Source: Thermoplasmatota archaeon (GTDB lineage: Archaea > Thermoplasmatota > Penumbrarchaeia > Penumbrarchaeales > Penumbrarchaeaceae). Taken from it: a stretch of DNA of 64,000 bases. A program made the translations under genes and the position numbers. How positions within the stretch are numbered: position 1 is the first letter of the stretch; each line of letters opens with the position of its first letter. Of the stretch, positions 1 through 9,522 are shown in pieces. The notes below the pieces were generated by a model. The model was not told the origin of the DNA. It made no database searches and saw only the letters and a program-made list of their open reading frames with translations. The stretch is taken from contig JBLIRH010000002.1 in the NCBI GenBank assembly GCA_049472215.1, forward strand, positions 23,815 through 87,814, given 5' to 3'.

Positions 1-1011
1 TGATAGGTCCCAGATCACATTTGTGGTATTTCCCGTTAGATTTATCCATTCTCCCTTGGGGTCCAAGAGCGGTTCCCAGGGACCCCATTCACCATTGTTT
101 CGAGACCTTATCCAATGGTATATCCCGCCGCCCCCCGATAGCCCTTCTTTTGTGATATTCCCCCTGAACTTGTAAAGAAAATAGATCTGAGGCCGACTCT
201 TTGCCAGGAAGCTGTCCCAGGAATCAGGATTGAACCTTGTCAGGTCAAGGGGGGGCGATACCAGAGAATAGATTCCGGTCCTGGGAGACATGCCTGAAGA
301 ATCATTTCCCACCCAGAAGGCAGTGTTCGGTGTATGAAGGGTCTCGTATCCACTGGCCAAGGGGTGATCGCTCACGTGCCATTCCATCCCCTCCTCACCA
401 TCATCCGACTCAGAGGTCCAACCGTCCATGGAGGAACCGTTCCAGAAATCGGTCCCAACCCATAGCCCGTCCGTTATCGACTTCTGGTCCAATGCATACT
501 GAAGACCGGCGATCAGCGTCCTGTTGGTATATGGCCGCGGGTCCCCCGGCAGTTTTATCGTGATGTTCATGACATAGGCGCCGGCGAATTTCGGCACCCA
601 TCTGAATACGATCAGCTCGGAAAGGGCCCCATCGCCCTTTGGAATGTAAACAGTTGTCTGGTCCTTGTACATTATCCTACCTTTATCGAACGAGAATCCC
701 TTGTGGGCATCATACCAGTATAATGTCAGGTTCACCTGTATTCCGGAGAAGGGAGCATCGGCCGTGTTCTTCAATCTCAACTCGATGGATGTGGTCCTGT
801 TCACGATCCCGAGGCTATAGGGCCCCCATTGCGAGATACCTCCGGAGATGATCCTGAGATGCTCTTTGGGGATGGTCACAAGGCTCCTTGATGGTGGTGC
901 ATCCTGAATCGATGTATCCTCTTCAGTTCCACCCGCAGTTCCCATCACCGGCAGACCGACGAGAAGGACCATGACCATGATGGTCGCGATGTTCGTAGCT
1001 CGCCATCCCAT
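1..1011 (-). CDS. Secreted or membrane-anchored protein. The 5' end is complete and the 3' end runs off the left edge (partial).
   Basis: I translated the minus strand from the ATG at 1011..1009: MGWRATNIATIMVMVLLVGLPVMGTAGGTEEDTS... All 337 codons down to base 1 were checked triplet by triplet and contain no stop. It has a hydrophobic N-terminal signal/anchor followed by an N-x-S/T-rich ectodomain. It is absent from the ORF track because no stop lies inside the window. Confidence 0.6.
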   Translation of the reverse strand, partial: MGWRATNIATIMVMVLLVGLPVMGTAGGTEEDTSIQDAPPSRSLVTIPKEHLRIISGGISQWGPYSLGIVNRTTSIELRLKNTADAPFSGIQVNLTLYWYDAHKGFSFDKGRIMYKDQTTVYIPKGDGALSELIVFRWVPKFAGAYVMNITIKLPGDPRPYTNRTLIAGLQYALDQKSITDGLWVGTDFWNGSSMDGWTSESDDGEEGMEWHVSDHPLASGYETLHTPNTAFWVGNDSSGMSPRTGIYSLVSPPLDLTRFNPDSWDSFLAKSRPQIYFLYKFRGNITKEGLSGGGGIYHWIRSRNNGEWGPWEPLLDPKGEWINLTGNTTNVIWDLS

Positions 1012-1068
1012 GGTTTTGGAAAAAGGTCTGAGTTCAAAAAGATATCGGATATATGAGCCTCCTTTCCC

Positions 1069-1707
1069 CTATCGAGAGTACCTATCCAGAAGGAAATGGA
1101 TGATGGAGATGACCATATGAGAATGGAGGACCTTTTCACCGACCCGGAAACTCGAATAGGCCTTTTCCGTGACCACAGTTGATTCATCCATTGTAAGGTC
1201 CTGGTCGTCGGAAAGAACGAACATCAAGGGCGATCCCTGGAATTGAGCGATTACCGATCCGTCCATTTCCGACCCCATCTCATCCATCATGTAAACTTTT
1301 CCGGGGAACCTCCCAAGAACCATGTCGAGGTCAGCCCTGGCGATCGTGATCCCGGGTGAAGGTCGAACCACCGACCCCTTGATATCCGCCAGCTCGTGGG
1401 AAAGGCATTTTCTCATGAGAGCGGCGCATGCTCTCTCGTCAGGGTTCAGATATTTGACACTCTCCCCGTTGATAGATAGTAGCTTCGGAGGGTCTTCTGG
1501 TCCAAGGAGCAGAATGTGGACCGATGTATCTCGACGCATATCATGGGAGAGGAAAAGAGCTGATGTGATGGCCCTTGCCACCCCGTCCCATCTCCCCGAG
1601 GCGCCACAAAGGTCATTGATGTTTATCGAACCATCGGACCTGGCCCTGTGAGCGATGATCAAGAAGTTCCTGTCGGATGATCCTAGGACCTCTTCAAGTG
1701 ATTGCAT
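1069..1707 (-). CDS. trmY: tRNA (pseudouridine54-N1)-methyltransferase TrmY (SPOUT, DUF358 family)
   Basis: ORF 1069..1881 trimmed to the in-frame ATG at 1707 (MQSLEEVLGSSDRNFLIIAH...). The first 58 codons of the long ORF overlap gene 1727..1999 in another frame. Family-typical blocks are GASGRWDGVARAITSALFLSHDMRRD, NPDERA and the C-terminal HSHMVISIIHFLLDR. Confidence 0.75.
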   Translation of the reverse strand: MQSLEEVLGSSDRNFLIIAHRARSDGSININDLCGASGRWDGVARAITSALFLSHDMRRDTSVHILLLGPEDPPKLLSINGESVKYLNPDERACAALMRKCLSHELADIKGSVVRPSPGITIARADLDMVLGRFPGKVYMMDEMGSEMDGSVIAQFQGSPLMFVLSDDQDLTMDESTVVTEKAYSSFRVGEKVLHSHMVISIIHFLLDRYSR

Positions 1708-1726
1708 ATCGACTCCCGGCTGAAGG

Positions 1727-1999
1727 TCATTTCTTGTTCTTCTTTTCCTTCTTTTCCTTATCTTCCTTCTTCTCTTTCTCATCCTTCTCGAAGTGCAACC
1801 GGGCTTTCTCCTTTCTCCTGATCGCGATCTGAGCGGTCCTGATCCTTTCCTGATATTTATGGCGGGCCTTGGACCAACCATCCTTGTCTATTCGGCCCTT
1901 TTTATGATATTCCCTGGCTTCCTGGAGCTTTGCTTCGAACTTCTCGATATCCTGCCTTAACTTCTCGATATCCTTTGTCAACTTCTCGATCTTCCCCAT
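1727..1999 (-). CDS. Small Lys/Glu-rich coiled-coil protein, function unknown
   Basis: 90-aa ORF with heptad-like periodicity (IEKLTKDIEKLRQDIEKFEAKLQEAREY) and a KEKKEDKEKKEKKNKK tail. It sits between FTCD and trmY on the same strand. Confidence 0.45.
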   Translation of the reverse strand: MGKIEKLTKDIEKLRQDIEKFEAKLQEAREYHKKGRIDKDGWSKARHKYQERIRTAQIAIRRKEKARLHFEKDEKEKKEDKEKKEKKNKK

Positions 2000-2010
2000 G
2001 ACAATGCACC

Positions 2011-3675
2011 TCAGAGATTCTCATTCACGATCCTTCTGATCGAGGAGATAAGCTCCTCTTTCCTGGCTATCATTGACACGATCTTGGCATCCATGTCCGC
2101 TACGTAGTCCTCGTCCTTGATTGACCCGAGGTTTATCTTGATGTTCATTATCGCTCCGTCCAGGCCGGCTGAGGCCATATCAGCTCCGACCCCGACATCG
2201 GAAATGGAGTTTTTATTGCCTTTTTTAGCTATAGGCACACCAGCATCTAGTATCTTTAAACATACCTCTGCTGTTTCCAGAGGGGTGGCGATCGCCTTCT
2301 TGTACCCTGCCTGTATCGCTTTCGATCTTTCAGCCTTCTCCTCTTCTGTATCCTTGGGTAACTTGAAGGCCGCCATCACATCATTAAAGGCGTTTGCATC
2401 CTCATCCACGAGTTCCAGGAGACGGGCCCTCAGAAAAGATACTTCTTTTGCTTTCCCCTTCATCTCGTCCCACACTTCCTCGTATTTCTTCTTTCCAACG
2501 GTCAGATTGCATACCATTTCGAGAAGAGATGCGCCAAGGGAACCGGAAAGAGCGGCAACACTGCCCCCTCCTGGTGCTGGTGAATCCGAGGATAGCTCGG
2601 CGAGGAAATCCTTCATTCTCATCGATGCCAGGGGGCCAACCTCTTTGACCATGTAGTCGATCACTTTTTCATCAGGTTTGAACTCGTAGAGCTGGTTCAG
2701 TCCAAGTTCGGAGACCGCAAGGTCCAAAAGGTCCTCCTCGTTGGAAAGATCCCTGGCGAGTTTTCTTGCATAATGCATGCCAGCCTTTACCAAAGCAGCC
2801 TTGGGGACAAGTCCGACGATCTCCGAACCATTAACGTCGGCGCCTAGCTCCCTTGATATTTCTTTGCATGCGTCGAACACATGATGGAGGTTCACTTCCT
2901 CGAAATCGAGGAGGTTCATGGATACCTGGGCGATATCCTCGTTGTACATCATGCCGCCCGCCTGGACCCCCTTGAATCTTCCTGGTATCCTTTCGGGTTT
3001 TCCATCGGGTCCGATGATCTTCTCCCCGCTCTCATCTTTTTTTAGAACACCGCTTTCCCTGATCTTCCCCGATATGGCGGATGCTATTGACTTGTCCGCG
3101 GTGTTCAGATTTGCGTTGTAGGCAATGAGGATCTGTCTTGCCCCAGTAACGGATGCCCCGCTTTTAGGGACGAATACTGGATCTCCGAAATCTGGTTTGA
3201 ATTCCGGGTCCTTGAACTTCTCCTCAAGGGCCTCATATTCCCCTTTTCTTATCGAAGGGAGGCTGACCCTATCCTGCCTTCTCGCTGAATTTGCATAAAG
3301 GAATACCGGGATGCCAAGCTCATCCCACATCCTTGCCCCGAACCTTTTTGCGAGTTCGGTGCAGTCGTCCATTGTCACACCTTTGATCGGAATGAACGGG
3401 CACACGTCCAGTGCTCCCATCCTTGCATGTTCTCCCTTGTGCTTGGTCATGTCAATAAGGCGGGTCCCGATCCTTGCTGCCTGAAATGCCGCTTCCACCA
3501 CTTCGTCTGGTTCACCGACAAATGTGAAGACCGTCCGGTTGAAATCGGCTCCCGGATCCACATTGAGAAGTTTCACGCCCTTCACACTTCTGACAGCTGA
3601 GGCTATTGCCTCGATAACGGCAATATCCCTACCTTCACTGAAATTGGGAACACACTCGACTATCTTGTCCATCAT
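2011..3675 (-). CDS. Bifunctional glutamate formimidoyltransferase / formimidoyltetrahydrofolate cyclodeaminase (FTCD-like fusion)
   Basis: The N-terminal MMDKIVECVPNFSEGRD...VDPGADFNRTVFTFVG is the formiminotransferase signature. The C-terminal ~200 aa (FLAELSSDSPAPGGGSVAALSGSLGASLLEMVCNLT) is the cyclodeaminase helical domain. ATG at 3675 is preferred over the TTG at 3690. Confidence 0.8.
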   Translation of the reverse strand: MMDKIVECVPNFSEGRDIAVIEAIASAVRSVKGVKLLNVDPGADFNRTVFTFVGEPDEVVEAAFQAARIGTRLIDMTKHKGEHARMGALDVCPFIPIKGVTMDDCTELAKRFGARMWDELGIPVFLYANSARRQDRVSLPSIRKGEYEALEEKFKDPEFKPDFGDPVFVPKSGASVTGARQILIAYNANLNTADKSIASAISGKIRESGVLKKDESGEKIIGPDGKPERIPGRFKGVQAGGMMYNEDIAQVSMNLLDFEEVNLHHVFDACKEISRELGADVNGSEIVGLVPKAALVKAGMHYARKLARDLSNEEDLLDLAVSELGLNQLYEFKPDEKVIDYMVKEVGPLASMRMKDFLAELSSDSPAPGGGSVAALSGSLGASLLEMVCNLTVGKKKYEEVWDEMKGKAKEVSFLRARLLELVDEDANAFNDVMAAFKLPKDTEEEKAERSKAIQAGYKKAIATPLETAEVCLKILDAGVPIAKKGNKNSISDVGVGADMASAGLDGAIMNIKINLGSIKDEDYVADMDAKIVSMIARKEELISSIRRIVNENL

Positions 3676-3783
3676 ACCACCATGGAGCAAAACGATTACC
3701 CTCGGAATGCCTGAATGGGCCTAATGGGAATATGGTAAATAAATCCTTCACACTGAGGAGGAGGAGTTTCATCAACGTTGGAT

Positions 3784-3797
3784 AAAGTAATTTAATC
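3784..3797 (+). promoter_or_regulatory. TATA-like box for gene 3817..6258 (probably a leaderless or short-leader transcript)
   Basis: AAAGTAATTTAATC is centred about 26 nt upstream of the ATG at 3817, in an AT-rich intergenic region. Confidence 0.3.
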
Positions 3798-3816
3798 AGA
3801 AGACAAAATCACCTTC

Positions 3817-6258
3817 ATGTTTGCCGAGAGGGTAATCACGCCCCTGTCGATACGGAGGACTGTTATCACAGCGACCGTTTCGATGTTCCTCATACTGACA
3901 GGATCTGTTCTGCTATTCCCTATCGGGACCAATGGCGACACCCCTGAAGGGTTCTACTCGATGGAATACATGATGGGATCATATCCCTCAAGGATCGTGA
4001 AGGAAGGAGAGAATTACCGTGTCCTCGCGAATCTGGACATACCGGCCTCGAAACCATTATACATGGGACCGGGGACAAGGGTCCTCTTCGATGAGGGGGT
4101 CTATCTCAATCTGACGGGCGCGCCACTCATCAGCGGAGATCTGGAGCAGAAGGTCTATTTAGGTCCATATATCAAGGGTGAACCATGGGGCGGTATCAAC
4201 CTGATGGAGGGAGATCCAACCGCATCCTCGATTATTATGAACGCTACCGTGGAGGAGGCGGAGATAGGGATCAGGTCGCACTCATCTGATGTTGTGATAT
4301 CCGATACCGAGATATTAAACTGCTCGAGGAACGGATTGGACGTTAAAGGCCCCTTGGGGACCGGTAAATATCTATTCGCTGAGAGGGTCCGAATATCCAA
4401 TTCCACTTACTACGGAATTCATCTATTGAAGGTAGATGACTCCCGCCTAAATGATATCACGATCGAAGAGTGCGGGACCGGGATCCGGTCCTATCGGTCG
4501 GAGGGCCAGATGGTCGGATTGAATATACTGGAATCCAGCAATATCGGTTTCAACGCGGTGGATTCCGACCTCGTCATCATTGATCTCATCCTTTCCTCCG
4601 AAGAATCTGCCACCTCCCACCAGCTGCTTTCATTGAACTCCACCATCTCCCTGTCCAACGGAAGGGTCGAAGGTGCGAACGTTGGGATCTCGGCTTTGAC
4701 CCGGACCGTCTTGGATATGGACGGCATACGGATCAACAACATCTTCACCGACGGGATCCAGACATCCAGTGCGGAGATCACCATCCTGAACTCTGATATA
4801 ATGGCCTCCGGTGAAAGCGGACTGCACATGGTGGACACCACGTTCTGGGTAGGAGGCACCATATTCAACAACAACGGTGCAGGGACCGGCGAACTCGTTT
4901 TCTCCTCGATCTATTCCGATGGGTCCTCTGGCAAGTTCGAGGGATGTACCTTTACAGGTTCAGGTTACGCCCATATCCACTCGGTCTCATCCGATATCGT
5001 GGTCGGGAATGCTACCCTAGGCTCGGTATTGAACCCGAAACTGGTCCTGGACGAAGGATCGAAAATTGTGATGGTCGACACCGTCCCTCCTTCCGATATC
5101 GAGATACTCGATGACATCTCCCAGCTGATCTACCTGATAACCCTCGATGTGACCGTTCTGGAACACGTTGATAGGTACCCGGTAGCAGGGGTGCAGATCG
5201 ACCTCAGGGACGTGGATGGGCGGTGGATCGCCTCATCATATACTGGCCCCGATGGTGTCTCAGAGGACATTCCCATGACGGTTTATGAAAGGGACTCGAC
5301 AGGCATCTACTCCTATCTCCCCATCAATCTGATCGCACAGAAGGATGGTTTCGAAGTGACCTCATATGATGTGGAAGAACCCCTTCATGAGGTGGAGCTT
5401 CTCCTGTTCCCACCAAACGATGTGCCCTCGATCTTCCTAACAGGGCCAATTAATGGTACGAAGGTAACGGGATCTGTTGAGATAGAAGGCGACCTGACCG
5501 ATGACCTTGGTATCTTCAAGATCAAGGTAAGGTTCGACGAGGGTTATTACAGGACCTTTGAGGAGTTCGACTCCATTTCGGATGGTCATTTCAAGCTGAC
5601 CGTCCCGATAGGGAACCTTTCAGGCGGCCTTCATTCAATATCCGTACATGCGTTCGATGGAACCCATATCTCGCTTCCCGTGATCAGGACCATAATGGTC
5701 CTGGACCCCAGGATGAACGATACCGACGAAGATGGAATTCCTGATAGCGAGGAGGATGCAAACGGCAATGGGATCGTTGACCCGGGTGAAACGGACCCTC
5801 AGAACCCTGATACGGACGGCGACGGACTGCTGGACGGTATCGAAATAGATACCAGCGACGGCAATTCCACTGATCCTCTTGATCCCGATTCCGATGATGA
5901 TTTCCTCAAGGACGGCTTCGAGGACCAGAATGCCAACGGGAGGGTCGACCCGACCGAGACAGATCCGAATTCATGGGATACGGATGGCGACGGTGTCAAC
6001 GATCGGGATGATCGCTATCCGATCGATCCCTTTAGATCGAGTGACGAAGAACCCTCACCCAGTTCCATATGGGTGATAATCCTCGCAACAGTATTCATAA
6101 TGGCTCTCATCATCGCGGTATATCTCTTCTACATGCAGGTAAGGGGGGCAAGGGTGAAGGTTGTTGAGGACGAAGAGGAGATCAGAAGAGCTCGTCCACC
6201 CCAAAAAAGGCCAAGGGACATGCGTGAAACCCGCAGACCACCCCAACGGAGACGTTGA
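3817..6258 (+). CDS. Large cell-surface protein with a right-handed beta-helix (PbH1/NosD-like), thrombospondin-type-3-like Ca-binding repeats and a C-terminal TM anchor
   Basis: 813 aa with an N-terminal hydrophobic segment. It has periodic beta-helix repeats (NCSRNGLDV, ISNSTYYGIHL, IEECGTGIRS) and an Asp-rich repeat run (DTDEDGIPDSEEDANGNGIVDPGETDPQNPDTDGDGLLDG...DTDGDGVNDRDD). A TM helix (IWVIILATVFIMALIIAVYLFY) is followed by an Arg-rich tail. Confidence 0.7.
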   Translation: MFAERVITPLSIRRTVITATVSMFLILTGSVLLFPIGTNGDTPEGFYSMEYMMGSYPSRIVKEGENYRVLANLDIPASKPLYMGPGTRVLFDEGVYLNLTGAPLISGDLEQKVYLGPYIKGEPWGGINLMEGDPTASSIIMNATVEEAEIGIRSHSSDVVISDTEILNCSRNGLDVKGPLGTGKYLFAERVRISNSTYYGIHLLKVDDSRLNDITIEECGTGIRSYRSEGQMVGLNILESSNIGFNAVDSDLVIIDLILSSEESATSHQLLSLNSTISLSNGRVEGANVGISALTRTVLDMDGIRINNIFTDGIQTSSAEITILNSDIMASGESGLHMVDTTFWVGGTIFNNNGAGTGELVFSSIYSDGSSGKFEGCTFTGSGYAHIHSVSSDIVVGNATLGSVLNPKLVLDEGSKIVMVDTVPPSDIEILDDISQLIYLITLDVTVLEHVDRYPVAGVQIDLRDVDGRWIASSYTGPDGVSEDIPMTVYERDSTGIYSYLPINLIAQKDGFEVTSYDVEEPLHEVELLLFPPNDVPSIFLTGPINGTKVTGSVEIEGDLTDDLGIFKIKVRFDEGYYRTFEEFDSISDGHFKLTVPIGNLSGGLHSISVHAFDGTHISLPVIRTIMVLDPRMNDTDEDGIPDSEEDANGNGIVDPGETDPQNPDTDGDGLLDGIEIDTSDGNSTDPLDPDSDDDFLKDGFEDQNANGRVDPTETDPNSWDTDGDGVNDRDDRYPIDPFRSSDEEPSPSSIWVIILATVFIMALIIAVYLFYMQVRGARVKVVEDEEEIRRARPPQKRPRDMRETRRPPQRRR

Positions 6259-6262
6259 GATC

Positions 6263-6904
6263 TTGTCAAGGAATCGTCAAAGGTCCAAGCTGATCGCTCT
6301 GGGAGAAAGCAAGGTCCTTTTACTTGGTACTCTCAAAGGGCTCCTATCAGAAAAAGAGGTCGTGCGTTCTATTTTCATGGATTTCGATCCGGATGTCATC
6401 TGCCTCCATATCAGCAAGGAAGAGTTGAAGGGATTGAAAGCTGTTGTGAACGGCAAGGTAGAGAATACTTACCTTTCCACTACCGAGAAGATCTATGCAA
6501 GGGAAATGTCCAGATTCGGTGAGGTTCAGATACCCCCACCTTCACTGGTGGAGGCCTATAACATCTCCCGGGATGAAGGGCTCCCTGTCAGGTCCCTGGA
6601 TTTCGATGATACTTCCTACTCGGAGGTCTATACCAGAACGGTCAGCGGAATGACCCTGATCAGGCAGTCCCTGAGGATCAAGAAAATAAATAAAAGGAAA
6701 TTCAGTTCCGACAACCCCGAGGAGTTCGTCCTCGAATGGGACCGGACCATCAACAGGTTCAGGGGTTTTCGGAATCTCGAGATCGAAAGGGAGAAGAGAA
6801 TGGCCCGGAGGATAAGGGATATCTCTCGGAAGTTCTCCAGGGTTCTTGCGATCGTTGAATATGAGAGGATGAAGGGTATTTTCGAGAACCTCGACAAGGA
6901 CTGA
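6263..6904 (+). CDS. TraB/PrgY-family-like protein (conserved His positions substituted)
   Basis: VLLLGTLKGLLSEKEVVRSIFMDFDPDVICLHISKEEL resembles the TraB N-terminal block (hLhGTxHxSxxSxxxV...PDxVxVEL). EREKRMARRIRDISRKFSRVLAIVEYERMKGIFENL resembles the C-terminal ERDxxMA...AVVGAGHxxGI block. The ORF-track start at 6161 lies inside the upstream gene. The TTG at 6263, just after the upstream stop, is my guess for the start. Confidence 0.45.
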   Translation: MSRNRQRSKLIALGESKVLLLGTLKGLLSEKEVVRSIFMDFDPDVICLHISKEELKGLKAVVNGKVENTYLSTTEKIYAREMSRFGEVQIPPPSLVEAYNISRDEGLPVRSLDFDDTSYSEVYTRTVSGMTLIRQSLRIKKINKRKFSSDNPEEFVLEWDRTINRFRGFRNLEIEREKRMARRIRDISRKFSRVLAIVEYERMKGIFENLDKD

Positions 6905-7003
6905 ACTGGTATTCCTCTCAAAGGTTGATAAGATGGGGAACAAGGTAAAGTACATCCTAGACCTTTTTACAGAAAGTCAACTGCAGGATCAGGCGGTCGG
7001 TAG

Positions 7004-9403
7004 ATGAGTCCAGACGAGGATCTAAATCAATTCTTCTTCCAGAGTCCATGGAAGAATATCTTCCTTTGGCACTTCATGGAAGTTGAGAAAGAAGCGGTGA
7101 TCGCAACACCAACCATGGACATGGACATTCTGAGGAAGGTTCAGTCCATCCTCATCGCAAGATCGCAAAGGAAGCTTCATATCAGACTGATCCTGCGCTT
7201 CTCGGAATCCGACTTCATGATCAAGGGCATCGATCCAGAGGTCCTAAGAATACTGGCGCTGCTGCTCAACGAGCCAAGGTCCAAGATAGAGATCAGGTTC
7301 CTCAGGAACCTTTCCCTGACATCAATGGTACTGGACGGTAAAAAGGCCATAATCGCGACTGGGGACCTTTCATCGGACCAGCTCCTGAAGGACTTGGTCT
7401 ACGGGCAGCTCATAATAGGTAAGGACATGGTCGATACGATCCAAGAGGACCTCAATGAACTCTGGACTTCCTCCACCCCCGCAAGCTCAAAGGATATCAC
7501 CGATTACATGGTCCGGATCAAGGAAAGGGAGGAGGCGAGAAGGGCATGCGAGGCCTCCGATGGATCGATTGTGGATCCTGAGCTCAATGAAATGATATCT
7601 ATCGGAGATACCATCGAGCCACTGGGGAAGGACAGACCTGAACCCCACCTCGACGAGATCAAGAAGATCATCAAGGAACTTCTTGTTAGGGCCAGGGACT
7701 CTGTCGAGGATGACAACACCGAAACCGCACTTTTCTACATCGAGGAGGGTCTTACCCTCGATGGTGATAATCCAGACCTTCTTCTTGAGAAAGGAAAGGT
7801 ACTTTTTGGGGATGGAAACTACGAGAAGGCCTTGACCTGTTTCGACAGGATCCTTGATCAGAACGAAGATAACCGCGATGCCTGGGCTTATCGTGGTATG
7901 TGCCACCACGAACTGAACGATCTTGAAGAAGCACTCTGCTCATACGACCAGGCCACCGATATCGATCCTCAATACTATCCCGTTTGGATCAAGAAGGGAA
8001 TAATAATGGGTAAAACCAAGGGGAGGGAGGAGGATGGCTTGAAGTGTCTTGAATATGCCCTTTCGCAGGACCCTTACAACGAAGAGGCATGGTTCAACAA
8101 GGCACAGATCCTGGAACAGAGACTTGGCCGGATGGATGAATCCATCCTATCCTACCGGTCCCTGCTGAGGATCAACCCTAACCATGTTGTTGGTTCCTTC
8201 AGGATGGGATTGATATCATACAAAAAAATGAACGACATCGCCAAGGCAAAGAAATATTTCAACAAGGTGGTCGAGGCCGATCCTTCCCATGTCCATGGGT
8301 GGATGTTCAAGAGCGAGATAGCAGAGAAGGTTGATAAGGATTTCAACTCATCTCTTGAATTCCTTGATAATGCCCTTGAATCGAATCCCGACTCGCCTGA
8401 GGTCCTTCATAGGACGATAGATCTCCTGCTGCGGCACCGCAAGAAATTCAAGCGAGCGGTCGAACTTGCGGACCGGCTTCTGGAGACTAAGGGTAACGAT
8501 CCTGTCGCATTGTACGTTCGCGGTCTGGGGGCTCTGAAGATCGATAACGATCCCGACAGAGCTCTGGAGCTGATGAACGAATCCATCAAAGCGGACCCGA
8601 AGAACAAGAAGACGATAATCTCCAAGGCCAGCATACTGGCGGAGCACCTTGACCGGGCGGGCGATGCTGTTTCATTGTTGAAGGCGGCCCTTAAAAGGAA
8701 CGAGAAGGACCCAGAACTCTGGATGGAACTCGGAATGGTCTATTTCGACTCCCTATATGATCCGAAGGAAGCCCTGGACTGTTTCGACATGGTCACAAAG
8801 CTCGATAACAGGTCCTCGGATGGATGGTACAATAAGGGCATGGTCCTTTCCAGGGGTTTTGAGAAGCATCAGGAAGGCTTGAAATGCCTTGATCAGGCCA
8901 CAAACCTCGATGATTCGAACTATCTCGCCTGGCACGAGAAGGGAAGGATACTCGTCGAGATCTACAAGCTCACTGATGATGGTCTCAAATGCTTCAGAAA
9001 AGCTCTTACCATAGAACCGGAGGACGTCGAGATACTTGCATCCATGGCGAATGCCGTCAAAGGAAAAGGAGACCTCCCGGGTGCGCTTGAGTATTACAAC
9101 AAAGCTGTTACGATCGATCCAACCAATATCAATGTCCATCTCGACCTTTGTGAAACCTATTCCTCGATGAAGGATCTCGAAAATGCCCACCGGTCACTTA
9201 CCTCGGCACTTCAGGTCGATCCCAAGAACGAGAAAGTATGGATGATGAAGGCGGAGATCTTCCGGCAGCAGAACGAACCCCAAAAAGCGCTGGAATGCTA
9301 CAAGAGAGTTCTAAGGTTCAATCCCGACCACCAGGATGCTCTCAACAAGAAGACCTCCGTTGAGGCGCAGCTCGAAAGGAATGGTACTGCCCTGTCCTAT
9401 TGA
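7004..9403 (+). CDS. TPR-repeat protein with an N-terminal degenerate PLD-like domain
   Basis: 799 aa with about 16 consecutive 34-aa TPR units (e.g. AWAYRGMCHHELNDLEEALCSYDQATDIDPQY, VWIKKGIIMGKTKGREEDGLKCLEYALSQDPYN). The N-terminal ~150 aa has PLD-like topology (HIRLILRF...IEIRFLRNLSLTSMVLDGKKAIIATGDLS) but lacks the HxK motif. Confidence 0.75.
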   Translation: MSPDEDLNQFFFQSPWKNIFLWHFMEVEKEAVIATPTMDMDILRKVQSILIARSQRKLHIRLILRFSESDFMIKGIDPEVLRILALLLNEPRSKIEIRFLRNLSLTSMVLDGKKAIIATGDLSSDQLLKDLVYGQLIIGKDMVDTIQEDLNELWTSSTPASSKDITDYMVRIKEREEARRACEASDGSIVDPELNEMISIGDTIEPLGKDRPEPHLDEIKKIIKELLVRARDSVEDDNTETALFYIEEGLTLDGDNPDLLLEKGKVLFGDGNYEKALTCFDRILDQNEDNRDAWAYRGMCHHELNDLEEALCSYDQATDIDPQYYPVWIKKGIIMGKTKGREEDGLKCLEYALSQDPYNEEAWFNKAQILEQRLGRMDESILSYRSLLRINPNHVVGSFRMGLISYKKMNDIAKAKKYFNKVVEADPSHVHGWMFKSEIAEKVDKDFNSSLEFLDNALESNPDSPEVLHRTIDLLLRHRKKFKRAVELADRLLETKGNDPVALYVRGLGALKIDNDPDRALELMNESIKADPKNKKTIISKASILAEHLDRAGDAVSLLKAALKRNEKDPELWMELGMVYFDSLYDPKEALDCFDMVTKLDNRSSDGWYNKGMVLSRGFEKHQEGLKCLDQATNLDDSNYLAWHEKGRILVEIYKLTDDGLKCFRKALTIEPEDVEILASMANAVKGKGDLPGALEYYNKAVTIDPTNINVHLDLCETYSSMKDLENAHRSLTSALQVDPKNEKVWMMKAEIFRQQNEPQKALECYKRVLRFNPDHQDALNKKTSVEAQLERNGTALSY

Positions 9404-9522
9404 AGCACCGAGATCATAGGTTCTGAAAGTTGGGTCCGAGGTCACCCCGATCTATGGATGAAATTATGATCGAAGCAGAACCATTCGATAGATGTTAAAT
9501 AACCATTCGAACATCAACTTTC

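Noticed and set aside
237-851. + strand ORFs 237..563 and 639..851 at the left edge
   Set aside because: Their composition is Arg/Pro/Ser-rich. The minus strand carries an uninterrupted 337-codon reading frame with a signal peptide starting at 1011.
1727-1810. Polypyrimidine low-complexity DNA (ttcttgttcttcttttccttcttttcc...) as a possible tandem repeat
   Set aside because: It is explained by the Lys/Glu-rich C-terminal tail (KEKKEDKEKKEKKNKK) of the small coiled-coil gene on the minus strand.
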